From the NCBI GenBank assembly GCA_965200075.1, contig OZ241338.1, positions 2,007,898-2,071,897 of the forward strand: a DNA stretch of 64,000 nucleotides, in the 5' to 3' direction. How positions within the stretch are numbered: the stretch's first letter is position 1; each line of letters opens with the position of its first letter. This DNA comes from Capsulimonadaceae bacterium. Lineage in GTDB: Bacteria > Armatimonadota > Armatimonadia > Armatimonadales > Capsulimonadaceae. Both the position numbers and the translations under genes were made by a program. Below, piece by piece: positions 43,451 to 53,600 of the stretch. The notes beneath the pieces were generated by a model. It saw nothing but the letters and a program-made list of their open reading frames with translations, made no database searches and was not told where the DNA came from.

Positions 43451-44392
43451 TTATGGTGCGCTGCTGGCAGTTTTTTTGCCCGTGTCCCCGACCGGAAACT
43501 GCTGGACCGAGGCGAAGTACGCGGCGTATTTGTCCGAGGTAAACGTGGGGTGCGCGGCCTGATACAGCGTTGCCAGCTCCGCATCCTGCGAGGGGGCCTG
43601 TGCCAGACGGGCGGCACGCTCGACCTGGGCTTTGATCTGCGGCAGCGGCGGGACGGTGCCCGCCGACCTTTGTGTCAGACGCAGAATAACGGAATAAGCT
43701 CCCGCCGGGAAAATCTTCACATCTCCTACTTTGGCCGCCTTGAGAAAATCGTTCATCTGCTGGTACACAGCGGGCGAAACGGCGGTCTGAATGTTCGGGT
43801 TGTAGCCACCGACGCCGACCACACGCAGACGCGGCTGGCGGGCAACCACATCGGGCGGGCTGCCCTGCCGCAGCGCATCAGCGGCGGTCTGGGCATCCAC
43901 GGGATTTTCGGCGACGACCGTGGCGGTTTTCCACTGCGCGGGCAGGCCGAAGTCGGCTTTGTGCGCGGCGTAATACGCAGACAGGGCGGCAGGGGAAACG
44001 GTGACGCCCTGCATTCGCAGGTTTTCCAAAGCGAGAGACGTGCCGAGGTCGTGCCGGAACTGCGCCATCTTCACCGGGTCCGCGCCATAGGGCGTCAGCA
44101 CCTGTGGGGCGCGGCGCTGAATGGCATCAATGCGGCCCTGAATATCCTGCGCCGTCGGCGTCAGACCCGCCTTTGCGGCGGCCTGCGTGACCAGGCTTTC
44201 AAAGACCAGCTTGCTGAGAACCGGCTGCCCGGCCTGGCTTTCCAGCACGTCCTGAAACTGCTTGCGGGAGATGGCCTGCCCCCCCAGCGTCACCACCGGG
44301 CGACTCGTGGAATAGCGGAAATACAAAAGCACGTTGGCGGCCAAAGACAGCACCGCGATCACAGCCAATAGTCGAACAGTCAAAAATTTCAT
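43451..44392 (-). CDS. Membrane-anchored chaperone-like protein (SurA-N/parvulin-like, possibly EpsD-type)
   Basis: ATG at 44392 (MKFLTVRLLAVIAVLSLAANVLLYF). SurA-N-like helical region and a degenerate parvulin-like C-terminus (KVGDVKIFPAGAYSVILRL). Weak. Confidence 0.4.
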   Translation of the reverse strand: MKFLTVRLLAVIAVLSLAANVLLYFRYSTSRPVVTLGGQAISRKQFQDVLESQAGQPVLSKLVFESLVTQAAAKAGLTPTAQDIQGRIDAIQRRAPQVLTPYGADPVKMAQFRHDLGTSLALENLRMQGVTVSPAALSAYYAAHKADFGLPAQWKTATVVAENPVDAQTAADALRQGSPPDVVARQPRLRVVGVGGYNPNIQTAVSPAVYQQMNDFLKAAKVGDVKIFPAGAYSVILRLTQRSAGTVPPLPQIKAQVERAARLAQAPSQDAELATLYQAAHPTFTSDKYAAYFASVQQFPVGDTGKKTASSAP

Positions 44393-44510
44393 AAAGCAAA
44401 AGCAGCCTTTACTGACACCGGCGTCTGCATAATCAGGCAGCCCGGTCATTTAATGTGCATAAATCATGCCAAGCGGGGAAGCGGCCCCTATTTTTTACGA
44501 AAACATAGTT

Positions 44511-45641
44511 TCAGGGTGCGGCAGCGGCATCGCGGCGGCGTATCGCCCGGTCTGCCGGGCCGGACGCTGGACGCGACGCCGCGTGGACAGCCTCCGCCAG
44601 CCGCCCCGCCCAGCGGTCCAGCGTGGCATTTTCCTCTACCCAGCGCCGGGCGGCGCGGCCCAGCCGCTCCCGCAGGGCGGCGTCGGTCCGCAGGCGCGTG
44701 ATTGCCGCCCGCCAGCCGTCCACATCGCCCGGCGCAACAGTCAGCCCGGTGACACCGTCTTCAATGACATCGGTTTGGCCGGTGGTGCGAGTGGCAATCA
44801 CCGCCTTGCCCATCGCCATCGCTTCCAGAATGGTGGTAACACCCGCCTGAAAGTCCGTCTCATACAGCGGCACGACCACAAACAACGACCGGGCGTACAG
44901 GTCGCGCAGGCCCGCGTAATCGTAGCGCCGGGCATCGACGTTCGGCGGCAGGGCGCGGTTCTCGGTCTCGTTGCGGCCTTTAGACCAGGGCGAGGCGGCG
45001 GCGAGTTTTACCGACAGGTCCGGCATCCCCGCCACGGCGTCAATCAGCGTGGGATAATCGCGCCATTCCAGCCCCGCCGCACATATCTGGTTCGGGGCGG
45101 GCATCAAAGGCAGGGGGCGATAAAAATGGTCGTCCGCATGAAAGGGAATCAGCGCGACTTTTTCCGGCGCGATGCCCAGCGTGTCGGTGGCCCAGTCGCT
45201 TTGTGCCTGCGCGTAGACAAAGATCGTCCGCAGCTGCTTTTGCGCTTTGAGGGTCTGGAAAAACAGCCGCTTTTTGCCTGCCGACAGCCGGTGTCCAATC
45301 GTCACATGGCCCGGCCCGCCGCCGGTCAGCCCCAGCAGCAGGGCCAGCGGAATGCCGACGTTTTCGCCGTTGGAGAAAATGGCGTCATACTGCCGCCGCC
45401 GGGTCCAGCCCAGCATCGCCAGCGCCGCATCCGGCCCGCCCGCTTTATGGGCCAGCCGCACGGCAGGCGCGGGGTCCGCGTCGGCGGCGGCGTGGTCGGC
45501 AATCTCCACGGTCATGCCGTGCTGCGTTCGGAGGGCATCCGCAAGGGCGTAATAGTCCATTGTCGGATGCCGGTCTTCGGCCACAGCAGCGGTTATGTCA
45601 GTTTTGAGGACACTGGGAATGAGGAGCAGTGCGTTTGTCAT
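44511..45641 (-). CDS. Glycosyltransferase family 4 (GT-B)
   Basis: …VVPLYETDFQAGVTTILEAMAMGKAVIATRTTGQTDVIEDGVTGLTVAPGD (EX7E region). Confidence 0.85.
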   Translation of the reverse strand: MTNALLLIPSVLKTDITAAVAEDRHPTMDYYALADALRTQHGMTVEIADHAAADADPAPAVRLAHKAGGPDAALAMLGWTRRRQYDAIFSNGENVGIPLALLLGLTGGGPGHVTIGHRLSAGKKRLFFQTLKAQKQLRTIFVYAQAQSDWATDTLGIAPEKVALIPFHADDHFYRPLPLMPAPNQICAAGLEWRDYPTLIDAVAGMPDLSVKLAAASPWSKGRNETENRALPPNVDARRYDYAGLRDLYARSLFVVVPLYETDFQAGVTTILEAMAMGKAVIATRTTGQTDVIEDGVTGLTVAPGDVDGWRAAITRLRTDAALRERLGRAARRWVEENATLDRWAGRLAEAVHAASRPASGPADRAIRRRDAAAAP

Positions 45642-45648
45642 AGGGGTA

Positions 45649-46734
45649 TCATCCGTGCGCTACAGCTTGAACCGCTTCAATCAAACGGCCATAATTCGTC
45701 GCGGCATTAAAGCGGGCGGCTCCGGCGGCCTCGGCGTTTCGGGAAAGCCTGCGGCGCAGGGCCGGGTCCGCAATCAGCAGCGTCAGGGCCGAGGTCAGCG
45801 CGGGCGCATCATCGGGGGGGACAATCCACCCCGTTTCGCCGTGCGTGACGGCTTCGGGCAGTGCGCCGACGCGGGTGGTGACCACGGGCAGGCCCGCCGT
45901 CAGCGCCTCCATCACGGCCAGCGGCAGGCAGTCGCCGCGTGTGGGAAAAACAAACACATCGGCCTCGGCAAACAATCGCCGCAGGGTTTCCGAGTTCGGC
46001 TGAACGTCGCGCCAGACCGTGACATTCGGCAGACCCTCCCCCACCCCCGGCGTTTTGGTGACAATGTGCAGGTGCGCCCCCGCCGACGCGGGCAGGCTTT
46101 CGAACGCCTTCAGCAGCGTGTCCCCGCCCTTGCGGGGAAAGTCGCCGCCCACAAACAGCAAATTGACCGGGCCAGACTTCGGCGCGGGCCGCGTCACACG
46201 CCACAAGTCGGTGTCGATGCCGGGCGGGATGACGCTGATTTTGTCTGCCGCCACCCCGTAATCGGCGACGAGCGAATCTTTGGCCCACTGCGACCACGCG
46301 ACAAGATGCTTTGACGCGCCAAACGCCCGGCGGTTCATTCGGGCTTTCAGGGCTTCCAAGCGGGCATTGCCGCTTGGCGTGTGCCCGTAGAACGCCCCCA
46401 GGGCGTCGTACTGCACCGGCGTCGCATCCAGCGAGATCACCGACGGCATCTGCCGCATCAGCCCCGGTGACAGCAGCGACGTGACCTGCGTGTGAAACAG
46501 CGCGGCGTCCAGCGTGCGTGCCCGCCCGCGCAGGGCCAGATACGCCCCGAGCGACGCCCGCAGCGACCAGTTGGAGCGCACCCCCGGCAGGCGTGTCCAC
46601 GCCCCGGCAAGGCCGTCATACGGCAGGTCCACATACGCCGGCGTTATCTCAGGCCGCGCCGCCAGCACCCGTTTGAGGTTCTGCGCGTGCGTCGTATGTC
46701 CAAGCGAGTATTCCAGGGCGAAGCCTAAGTTCAT
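45649..46734 (-). CDS. Glycosyltransferase family 4 (GT-B)
   Basis: FVFPTRGDCLPLAVMEALTAGLPVVTTRVGALPEAVTHGETGWIVPPDD. ATG 46734 (MNLGFALEYS) is preferred because the listed 46770 start lies in the repeat element. Confidence 0.85.
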   Translation of the reverse strand: MNLGFALEYSLGHTTHAQNLKRVLAARPEITPAYVDLPYDGLAGAWTRLPGVRSNWSLRASLGAYLALRGRARTLDAALFHTQVTSLLSPGLMRQMPSVISLDATPVQYDALGAFYGHTPSGNARLEALKARMNRRAFGASKHLVAWSQWAKDSLVADYGVAADKISVIPPGIDTDLWRVTRPAPKSGPVNLLFVGGDFPRKGGDTLLKAFESLPASAGAHLHIVTKTPGVGEGLPNVTVWRDVQPNSETLRRLFAEADVFVFPTRGDCLPLAVMEALTAGLPVVTTRVGALPEAVTHGETGWIVPPDDAPALTSALTLLIADPALRRRLSRNAEAAGAARFNAATNYGRLIEAVQAVAHG

Positions 46735-46751
46735 AGTGTTAAACGAGCCAG

Positions 46752-46846
46752 AGAGGCCCCCTGCCCCCAATAATGGGGGAGCCAGAAGTTAGGAGGGGTC
46801 TCTTATAATTATCCGGTTCCCCCATTATTGGTGGCTAGGGGGTCTT
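46752..46846. repeat. MITE-like palindromic element (same family as 1382-1513)
   Basis: Left arm agaggccccctgcccccaataatgggggagcc (46752-46783) and imperfect inverted right arm ggttcccccattattggtggctagggggtct (46816-46846). The right arm contains the stop codon of the upstream GT4 gene (46835-46837). Confidence 0.8.
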
Positions 46847-47914
46847 CATCACATCCAGAATGCGGCCCAGATTGACCCGGCAGTCGAAGTGCGTCCGGGC
46901 ACGCCCAAGCGCCGCCGTGCCCATCGCCTCGCGCCGGGCGGCATCCGTGACCAGCGCGTCTAAATGCGCGGCCAATGCCTCGTAATCGCCTGGCGCAATC
47001 AAAAACCCCGTCTCGCCGTCCATGACAATCTCCGGGATGCCGCCGAGGCTGGAAATCACCACCGGCAGGCCGCAGGCCATCGCTTCCATCGCCACCAGCG
47101 AGTAGCAGTCCGCCCGCGTTGGCAATACGAAGAGATCAGACGTTTGGTACAGTGACACCAATTCGGGGCTGTTGTTAGAGACACCGTGATACACCTGCAC
47201 GCCCGGCGTCTTCGGCACAGCATCGCGGGTGACCAGATGCAGCTCCCAGGCGACTTCCACCCGCGTTTCGCGTGCCCAGCGTAAAAGTAAATCGCCGCCT
47301 TTGCGCTGAAAATCGCCGCCCACAAACAGCAGGCGCACCGGGCGGTCCCCGGCCCTGCCCGCAAGCGGCGCAGGCTGAAACAGAGTCAAATCGACGCCGG
47401 GCGAAATTGGCGTGATCTTTTCAGCGGGCACGCCCCAGTCGTCTTGCAGACTTTGACCGACCCAGGCATTCCACGGGAAAAAATGCGCGGCTTCGGCGTA
47501 AATCTTTTGCGTCGCCCGCCGCTTCCAGCCTGCGCCGAGCTTGGCGCGGGCCGTGCCGTAGCCATACAGCGCCCCCATTGCCTCCATCTGTGTCGGGGTC
47601 ATGTCCATCACAAAGTAGGCCGGAGCGGCGGCGACCAGGTTTGGCACAGATTTAGCGGCCCAGGTCGCCCACAAAACGGCCTCACGCGGCCCGGCGGCCT
47701 GCCAGCCGTCCCGGATTTCCTGCACGCCGCGCAGTGTGCCTTTGATGCCCGAGGGCACCCCCGGCAGGCGCGAGAGCAGCCCGCCGCCGCCCGCGTAACA
47801 GACGGAAATGAGGGCCGCGTCCATGCCCGGCGTTTCGCGGACCACACGCTCCCAGTTCAGCGCCTGCGTTTTGAGGCCAACCTGCTGGTCCATAATCAGT
47901 GAAAATCGGTGCAT
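46835..47914 (-). CDS. Glycosyltransferase family 4 (GT-B)
   Basis: FVLPTRADCYSLVAMEAMACGLPVVISSLGGIPEIVMDGETGFLIAPGD. Confidence 0.85.
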   Translation of the reverse strand: MHRFSLIMDQQVGLKTQALNWERVVRETPGMDAALISVCYAGGGGLLSRLPGVPSGIKGTLRGVQEIRDGWQAAGPREAVLWATWAAKSVPNLVAAAPAYFVMDMTPTQMEAMGALYGYGTARAKLGAGWKRRATQKIYAEAAHFFPWNAWVGQSLQDDWGVPAEKITPISPGVDLTLFQPAPLAGRAGDRPVRLLFVGGDFQRKGGDLLLRWARETRVEVAWELHLVTRDAVPKTPGVQVYHGVSNNSPELVSLYQTSDLFVLPTRADCYSLVAMEAMACGLPVVISSLGGIPEIVMDGETGFLIAPGDYEALAAHLDALVTDAARREAMGTAALGRARTHFDCRVNLGRILDVMKTP

Positions 47915-47924
47915 ACGTTCGTTG

Positions 47925-48485
47925 TCACTGCCCCAGCACGCGGTCGCGCAGGGCCGAGTAAATCAGGTGTCCGATGACCAGATGCGCGTCTTCCACCATC
48001 TGCATATTGTAGGACGGCACGACGACTTTGTGCTGCGCTCGTTCGGCCAGCGCCCCGCCGCCGAAGCCGCTCCAGCCAAGCGTCACCGCGCCAACTTCGT
48101 GCGCGGCTTCCACGGCGGCCAGCACATTGGGCGAATTGCCGCTGCCGCTGATTGCCACCAGCAGGTCGCCGGGCCGCAGCCAGGTCCGGGCCTGCCCGGC
48201 GAAAATCTGGGCAAACTCGGTGTCGTTGCCCCAGGCCGTCAAGAGCGGAACCGAATCGGTCAGCGACAGGCATTCCCAGGGGCGACTGGCGTGCAGAAAC
48301 ATACTTTTCTGGAAGTCGGCAGGCAGGTGGCTCGCGGTGGAAGCCGAGCCGCCGTTGCCGCAAAACACGGCCCGCCGGCCTTCGGCGTAGTTGTCCCAGA
48401 GCAGCGCGGCGGCGGCGGCAATGTCGTCTTCCGGCAGGGCTTGCAAAAGCGCCGTCATCTGGCGCAGATAAGTTCGGGTGTCCAT
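47925..48485 (-). CDS. SIS-domain sugar-phosphate isomerase (GmhA/phosphoheptose isomerase-like)
   Basis: VFCGNGGSASTASHLPADF and LLVAISGSGNSPNVLAA. Confidence 0.8.
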   Translation of the reverse strand: MDTRTYLRQMTALLQALPEDDIAAAAALLWDNYAEGRRAVFCGNGGSASTASHLPADFQKSMFLHASRPWECLSLTDSVPLLTAWGNDTEFAQIFAGQARTWLRPGDLLVAISGSGNSPNVLAAVEAAHEVGAVTLGWSGFGGGALAERAQHKVVVPSYNMQMVEDAHLVIGHLIYSALRDRVLGQ

Positions 48486-48552
48486 TGCCCGCTATTATAC
48501 ATGAATTGTCAAAGGAATTGTCGGCAGGGCGCGGCGAAATCAGCAGGTATTC

Positions 48553-49449
48553 CTAGTTCAGCAGTTTCCAGAAGGCCGCACTTTTGGCGGCGTGCAGGGG
48601 GGAAGTTTTCCAGGCATACCGAAGCGCGGCGCGTGTTTCGGTACGGTCGCCTCGTGCGGCGGCCTCCTGAGCGCGGGTCAGGAACAGATGAACATACCAG
48701 CCGGAAGTCTTTAAAAGAAGCCGCTGACGCTGCCGGGGGCCGGGCCGGTGCGCGTCCCGAATGCCCAGATGATGTGCCATCACCCGCGCCTGATCTGCCC
48801 GGCGCTCCCAGATGCGGGCGGCGGTGTTGGAATACGAAGGATGCAGGCGGGTCTGCGCCAGAGGGCGGGACACCGCTGCACAGGGGCAGCGGCGGGCCAG
48901 GCGCAAAGCCAGGTCGACATCTTCCGCTCCGTACAGGGATTCGTCGAGCAGGCCGACTTCGTCCAGCGCGGCCCGGCGGACCAAAACCGCATCCAGACTG
49001 AAAATAGTTTCCAGAAACGCGGCGACGGGATGCCCCGAGGCCAGCGGCAGCGGCGGATAGGGCGGCAGCAGCGGGGCCAGGTCCATGTCCACCGGCACTG
49101 TCTGTCCATAAGAGTATCCCAGGTCGCGGTCGGCTTCCAGCGGGGCCAGCAGCGCGGCCAGCGCCCCCGGCAGGCGCACATCGTCGTCATCCAGAAACGC
49201 GAGGTACTTGCCCCGCGCCTCCCGGATGCCCGCATTGCGGGTTCCCGACGGCTTGCCGCATTGCACGCGCAGATAGCGCACGGGGTAGCGAGCGGCGACG
49301 GCGGCAGTGCCGTCTTCCGAATTGTCATCGACGACAATGACTTCCTGCGAGACGCCCTCCTGGGACAGGGTCGACTCAATCGCAGCAGGCAGCAGGTCGG
49401 CGCGGTTGTGCGTGGGAATAATCGTCGAAATCAGAGGCGCATCGGACAT
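48553..49449 (-). CDS. Glycosyltransferase family 2
   Basis: ATG at 49449. ISTIIPTHNRADLLPAAIESTLSQ…VIVVDDNSEDGT…LAFLDDDD (DxD). Confidence 0.85.
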   Translation of the reverse strand: MSDAPLISTIIPTHNRADLLPAAIESTLSQEGVSQEVIVVDDNSEDGTAAVAARYPVRYLRVQCGKPSGTRNAGIREARGKYLAFLDDDDVRLPGALAALLAPLEADRDLGYSYGQTVPVDMDLAPLLPPYPPLPLASGHPVAAFLETIFSLDAVLVRRAALDEVGLLDESLYGAEDVDLALRLARRCPCAAVSRPLAQTRLHPSYSNTAARIWERRADQARVMAHHLGIRDAHRPGPRQRQRLLLKTSGWYVHLFLTRAQEAAARGDRTETRAALRYAWKTSPLHAAKSAAFWKLLN

Positions 49450-49450
49450 A

Positions 49451-50638
49451 TCAAGCCTTTCTTGCCGGTGAAACCGCCTGCCGCACGGCAGCCTCAAAAC
49501 ACCGGCCTGCCTGCTCCGGCCTGAACTCAGCCCCCATCCGCTCCCGGCCCGCCTGCCCCAGTGCGGCAGCCCAGGCAGGGGCGGCCAGCAGGCGGCACAG
49601 GGAGTCGCTCAGGCCCGGCACGGACCCCGGCGCGGACAGCAGACCCGTGCGGCCATCGGCAACCAGCTCCGTGGTGCCTCCTTCCGCGTAGGCCACGGCG
49701 GGCAGACCCGCCGCCGCCGCTTCCAGCAGGGCCAGCCCGAACGGCTCCTGTCGGCTCGGGTGAACGAAAATATCCAGCGCGGCCAGCAGGCGCGGCACAT
49801 CGGCGCGGCGGCCCAGAAACAAAACGCTGTTGCCAAGACCCAGCGCCCGAGCCTCGGCTTTGAGCGTTTCGGCGTAGCCGGGATGCCACGGCGTTTCATC
49901 GCCGACGACCAGCAGACGCGCCGCCGGGAAGTGGGCGCGGGCCTGAGCAAATGCCCGCAGCGTATCAGACTGGCCTTTGCCGGGGTCCAAACGGGCAACA
50001 ATGCCGAGCAGGGGGGCATCGGGCGCGATGCCAAGCTCGCGCCGCACGACGCCGCGCACGGCGGGGTCCACCGGGGCGGGCATAGTCATGGCGTTGCGGA
50101 GTGTGACTACACGCTCCGGGAGTGTGCCATGCCGGAGGGCTTCGGCGCGGATAAAGCCGCTGACAGTGAGGACCTCGGCACACGTTCGCAGCCGGTGCAG
50201 CACGGGCCGATGCAGCCAGGGGCCGACCACATAATGCAGATGAATAATCTGCGGAACCCCCAGCCGCCGCGCCACATAGGTAGCCGCCTGACAGTCCCAA
50301 AGCTGCTGACAGGAATAAATGACGTCCGGCTGAAATCGGCGGGCCTGAGCCAGAGCGCGGGGCAGAGCAGCCAGAAAGCGCAGCCGGGACAGCGACTTGT
50401 GCCGCAGCGTGCGGTTTGCGGCAGTGGAGCGCCAGCCGAAGTCCAGCGCCCGCACGTCCGCCCCGGAAGTGGCCGCGAAAGTGGGCAGACTTTGCTCGTC
50501 GCCAGACCAGCGGTGGTGCAGCACCTGCGCTTTGACTGCTTCAGGGTTTGTGTGCGCCAGCAGGCCCGCAAACACGCGGGCCTCCGGGGAATAGCCGTTG
50601 GCGATTTGTAGGCCGAGCAGTCGAAGTGTCATGAACAA
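49451..50638 (-). CDS. Glycosyltransferase family 4 (GT-B)
   Basis: FVHPSRQEPFGLALLEAAAAGLPAVAYAEGGTTELVADGRTGLL. Its stop abuts the GT2 start codon. Confidence 0.85.
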   Translation of the reverse strand: MFMTLRLLGLQIANGYSPEARVFAGLLAHTNPEAVKAQVLHHRWSGDEQSLPTFAATSGADVRALDFGWRSTAANRTLRHKSLSRLRFLAALPRALAQARRFQPDVIYSCQQLWDCQAATYVARRLGVPQIIHLHYVVGPWLHRPVLHRLRTCAEVLTVSGFIRAEALRHGTLPERVVTLRNAMTMPAPVDPAVRGVVRRELGIAPDAPLLGIVARLDPGKGQSDTLRAFAQARAHFPAARLLVVGDETPWHPGYAETLKAEARALGLGNSVLFLGRRADVPRLLAALDIFVHPSRQEPFGLALLEAAAAGLPAVAYAEGGTTELVADGRTGLLSAPGSVPGLSDSLCRLLAAPAWAAALGQAGRERMGAEFRPEQAGRCFEAAVRQAVSPARKA

Positions 50639-50687
50639 TTATCTCGCAAGCAAGGAGCAGGCACAGTATACCATGCCTTCTCCCTGC

Positions 50688-53600
50688 TTAGGGCAGCATG
50701 GGAAAAGCGTTCAGAACACTGAAGCCCATGTTGTCCCAGTGCCGCTCATCGCTCCACGGACGGTTGTTGATCCAGTACGTGTCCTGCGGGCTGTAATCCA
50801 GCAGCTCGGCCCGGTCATTGGAGCTGTGATAGAGCTGATGCACCCAGTAGACCTGACAGAGCGTAAACGGCAGGGGCGCTGAAAAATCCGCGTCTTTGAT
50901 GACCACACCGCTTTCTAAAATGCGGCAGTGAGTCCGCGACAGATACAGGTCAAATGTATGCCGTTTGTCCAAATCCTGCATCGTGCCGTTTGCCAGCGGC
51001 ACGCCGTCCCAGCGGGTCCGGGCGGCGGGGCCGAAGCGGTCCGTGGCTCCGGTGGCCCAGTCAATGTTCAGCAAATCTTCTTCCTGCATCACGGGGGCGG
51101 CGGGCGTGCCGGTGTTGTGATAGACCATAAGCTGATGCAGGTCGCCTTTGATTTCCCAGCGCAGCGATTCGCCGGACGTCGTCGCGGGCTGCAAGGGGCG
51201 GTCGCCGGGCGTGACCTTGCCGGGCCGGATCAGCAAATCTCCGGCGGCGGCGATCTGCACATCGCACCAGCGGCGGCTGTCCATGTGGGCATCCACTTCA
51301 AACGTGACGTGCAGGACGCGCCCGCCCGAAATATCCGCCGTGGCATTGGGCATCATCACAAGCGATGCATTGGTGTTGTGCATGGGGTCGCCAAACCCCG
51401 GCGTGCCGCCGTCATAAAGCGTGTCCATGAAGTGATTATTCATAAAGAACACGCGGCTGTTTTGTAAATCGGCCCCGTACTCGCGCACCGTCCATTTGTC
51501 GTTGGCGCTTTCGGCAAACTGCCCCGAGCGGCCATAATACTCCTCGCCCTGCGGCGCGGGCAGCGGATGGGCCAGCAGCGGCGCTTCGTCGCGGAACGTG
51601 TCAAAGAACACCTGCGAGCCGCCGAGCGTCAGGGGCTGAAGGGTCACCGGAACCGGCGCGGAGGCGGCCAGCACGTTTGGAACGTTTGAGGGGTCCCCCT
51701 GCCCGTTCGTCGCCGTGTGCATGCCGTCCATCTGCATCGCACCGGGTCCGAGGCTGCCGTCCATGCGCTGAAATGGCCCCAGCTTGTCTACGGCTTCCAC
51801 CACCAGATCGGCTCCGCGTGCCGGGTCCAGCCCGTTCATCTCAATGCTCAGGCCGCCGCCGCTGTACTTGACAGCATTGGGACGCTCGATGTCATAGGCA
51901 CGGTAGTCCACCGCGCCGGGCACGGGGGCAAACGACACCACGGCGCTGTCATCACTCACGCGCACATCCGTCACCTGCACCGGCGCGGCGGACGCAGCGG
52001 GCGGGCCAAGCGGGGCGGCCAGCAGGACCGGACCAAACGCCGCGCTTTCCGAGGCCAGCCGCCAGGGCACATTGACACCGCTGACGCGGTACGAATGCCG
52101 CTCGCCGGGGCGCACATCGCTGTCAAAATAGTTCAGGCCCCACACGCCGGACGCAAGCGTTTGGCCGTCCCGGTAGACCGTATAGGTGTAGTCCGTGGAG
52201 TGCCCGCGCCACGACAGCGCGATGCGCGGGCGGCCCGCGTTCCATTCGGCCCGTGCGGACAGGCTCTCGGGCACGTCCGGCGCGGCGGGCATCCAGGAAG
52301 GAGTGCGAGTCGGGTCCAGTGCCCCCTGCGCCGTGGCCGGAGCCGAGGGCAGGGTTTCGGTTCCCCGTGCATCGGTGGCCGTGACCGTGTAGGTCAGGTC
52401 GGGCAGGAAGTCGCCCGGCGCAAGCGTGTACGACGGCTGCGAGAGGCCCCGTGCCAGCACGGTGTCATACTGATACACGGTATACGAGACGGCTCCCGGC
52501 ACCGGGGTCCAGGCCAGCACATCCGAGGCCGAGCCGCGCCACAGGCCGGTGACGCTCAGATTGGCTGGAGCCGTCAGGATCGCCGTGCTGACCGGAGGGG
52601 TCGGCGCGGCGACAGTCACCGGCGGGCACAGCGCCCCTTCTCCGCCGCCGTTTTCCGCAGACACGGCGTAGGTGTAGGTCGTGCCGCAGGCCACATCGCC
52701 ATCGGTCCAGGCTGTACCCATAACACCGCTTTGGAATTTCACGCCATTTCGGTAAATATCATACGACGTCGCACCGGGAACGGCATTCCACGCCAGCGCG
52801 ATCTGCGGCATCGTCATGTCCGGGCAGTCCGGGCCGCTTTTCCAGCCGGGAGTCGCCGTCAGCCCGGCGGGGGCGGCAGGGGGCGCGGGGGCAGGCGTCA
52901 GCGCCATCTCGTCCAGAAAGAACGCGGGCTGTCCCGTGCCCGCCGCGTCGCTAATCCACAGGCCGTCAAAATCCGGGACCTGCGCGACGCCGAGCGTCGC
53001 CAGCGGCAGGCTCACCTGCCGCCACTGCCCCGCGACCGGCGCGGCCAGCGTCACCGGAGCCAGCGGCGCTCCGGCTCGCAGAGCGCGAATGCTCAGCCGC
53101 TGCCCCCCTGCCGCGCCGCCGTGTATCCAGAACGTCAGCGCGGCCCAGCGGCGCGTGTCCACGTCGGCATGGTGCAGGTAAAGCGCCTGCCACGGGCCGG
53201 GGGCGACCCGGATCGCCCGACCCGCCCGCGCCGGGGACGCGCAACTCAAATCCAAATCGGCCCAGCCCCACGCCTGCCAGCCGTTGCGGAGACTGTCGGC
53301 ATAGATGACGTCCGGCAAACCGGCAGGCACGCGCACGGAAATTGGCGCCCCTGCGGGGCCAGCCCCACGCGGGCCAGTGGCGGTGATCTGATAGGTGTGG
53401 GTTTCGCCGCTGAGAACATCAAAATCAGTGGCGGTCAGTCCTGCCGAGCGCAGCACCGGCACGCCGTCCCGGCTGACGGAGTACGCGTTTGCCAGAAGCG
53501 CCGGGGACCAGGCCAGCCGCACCTGTGCGCCCACCGGGCTGCCCACCGCACGGGCGGACAGCCGGGGCGCAGGCGGGGACACAGAAACGGGCGCAGCAGA

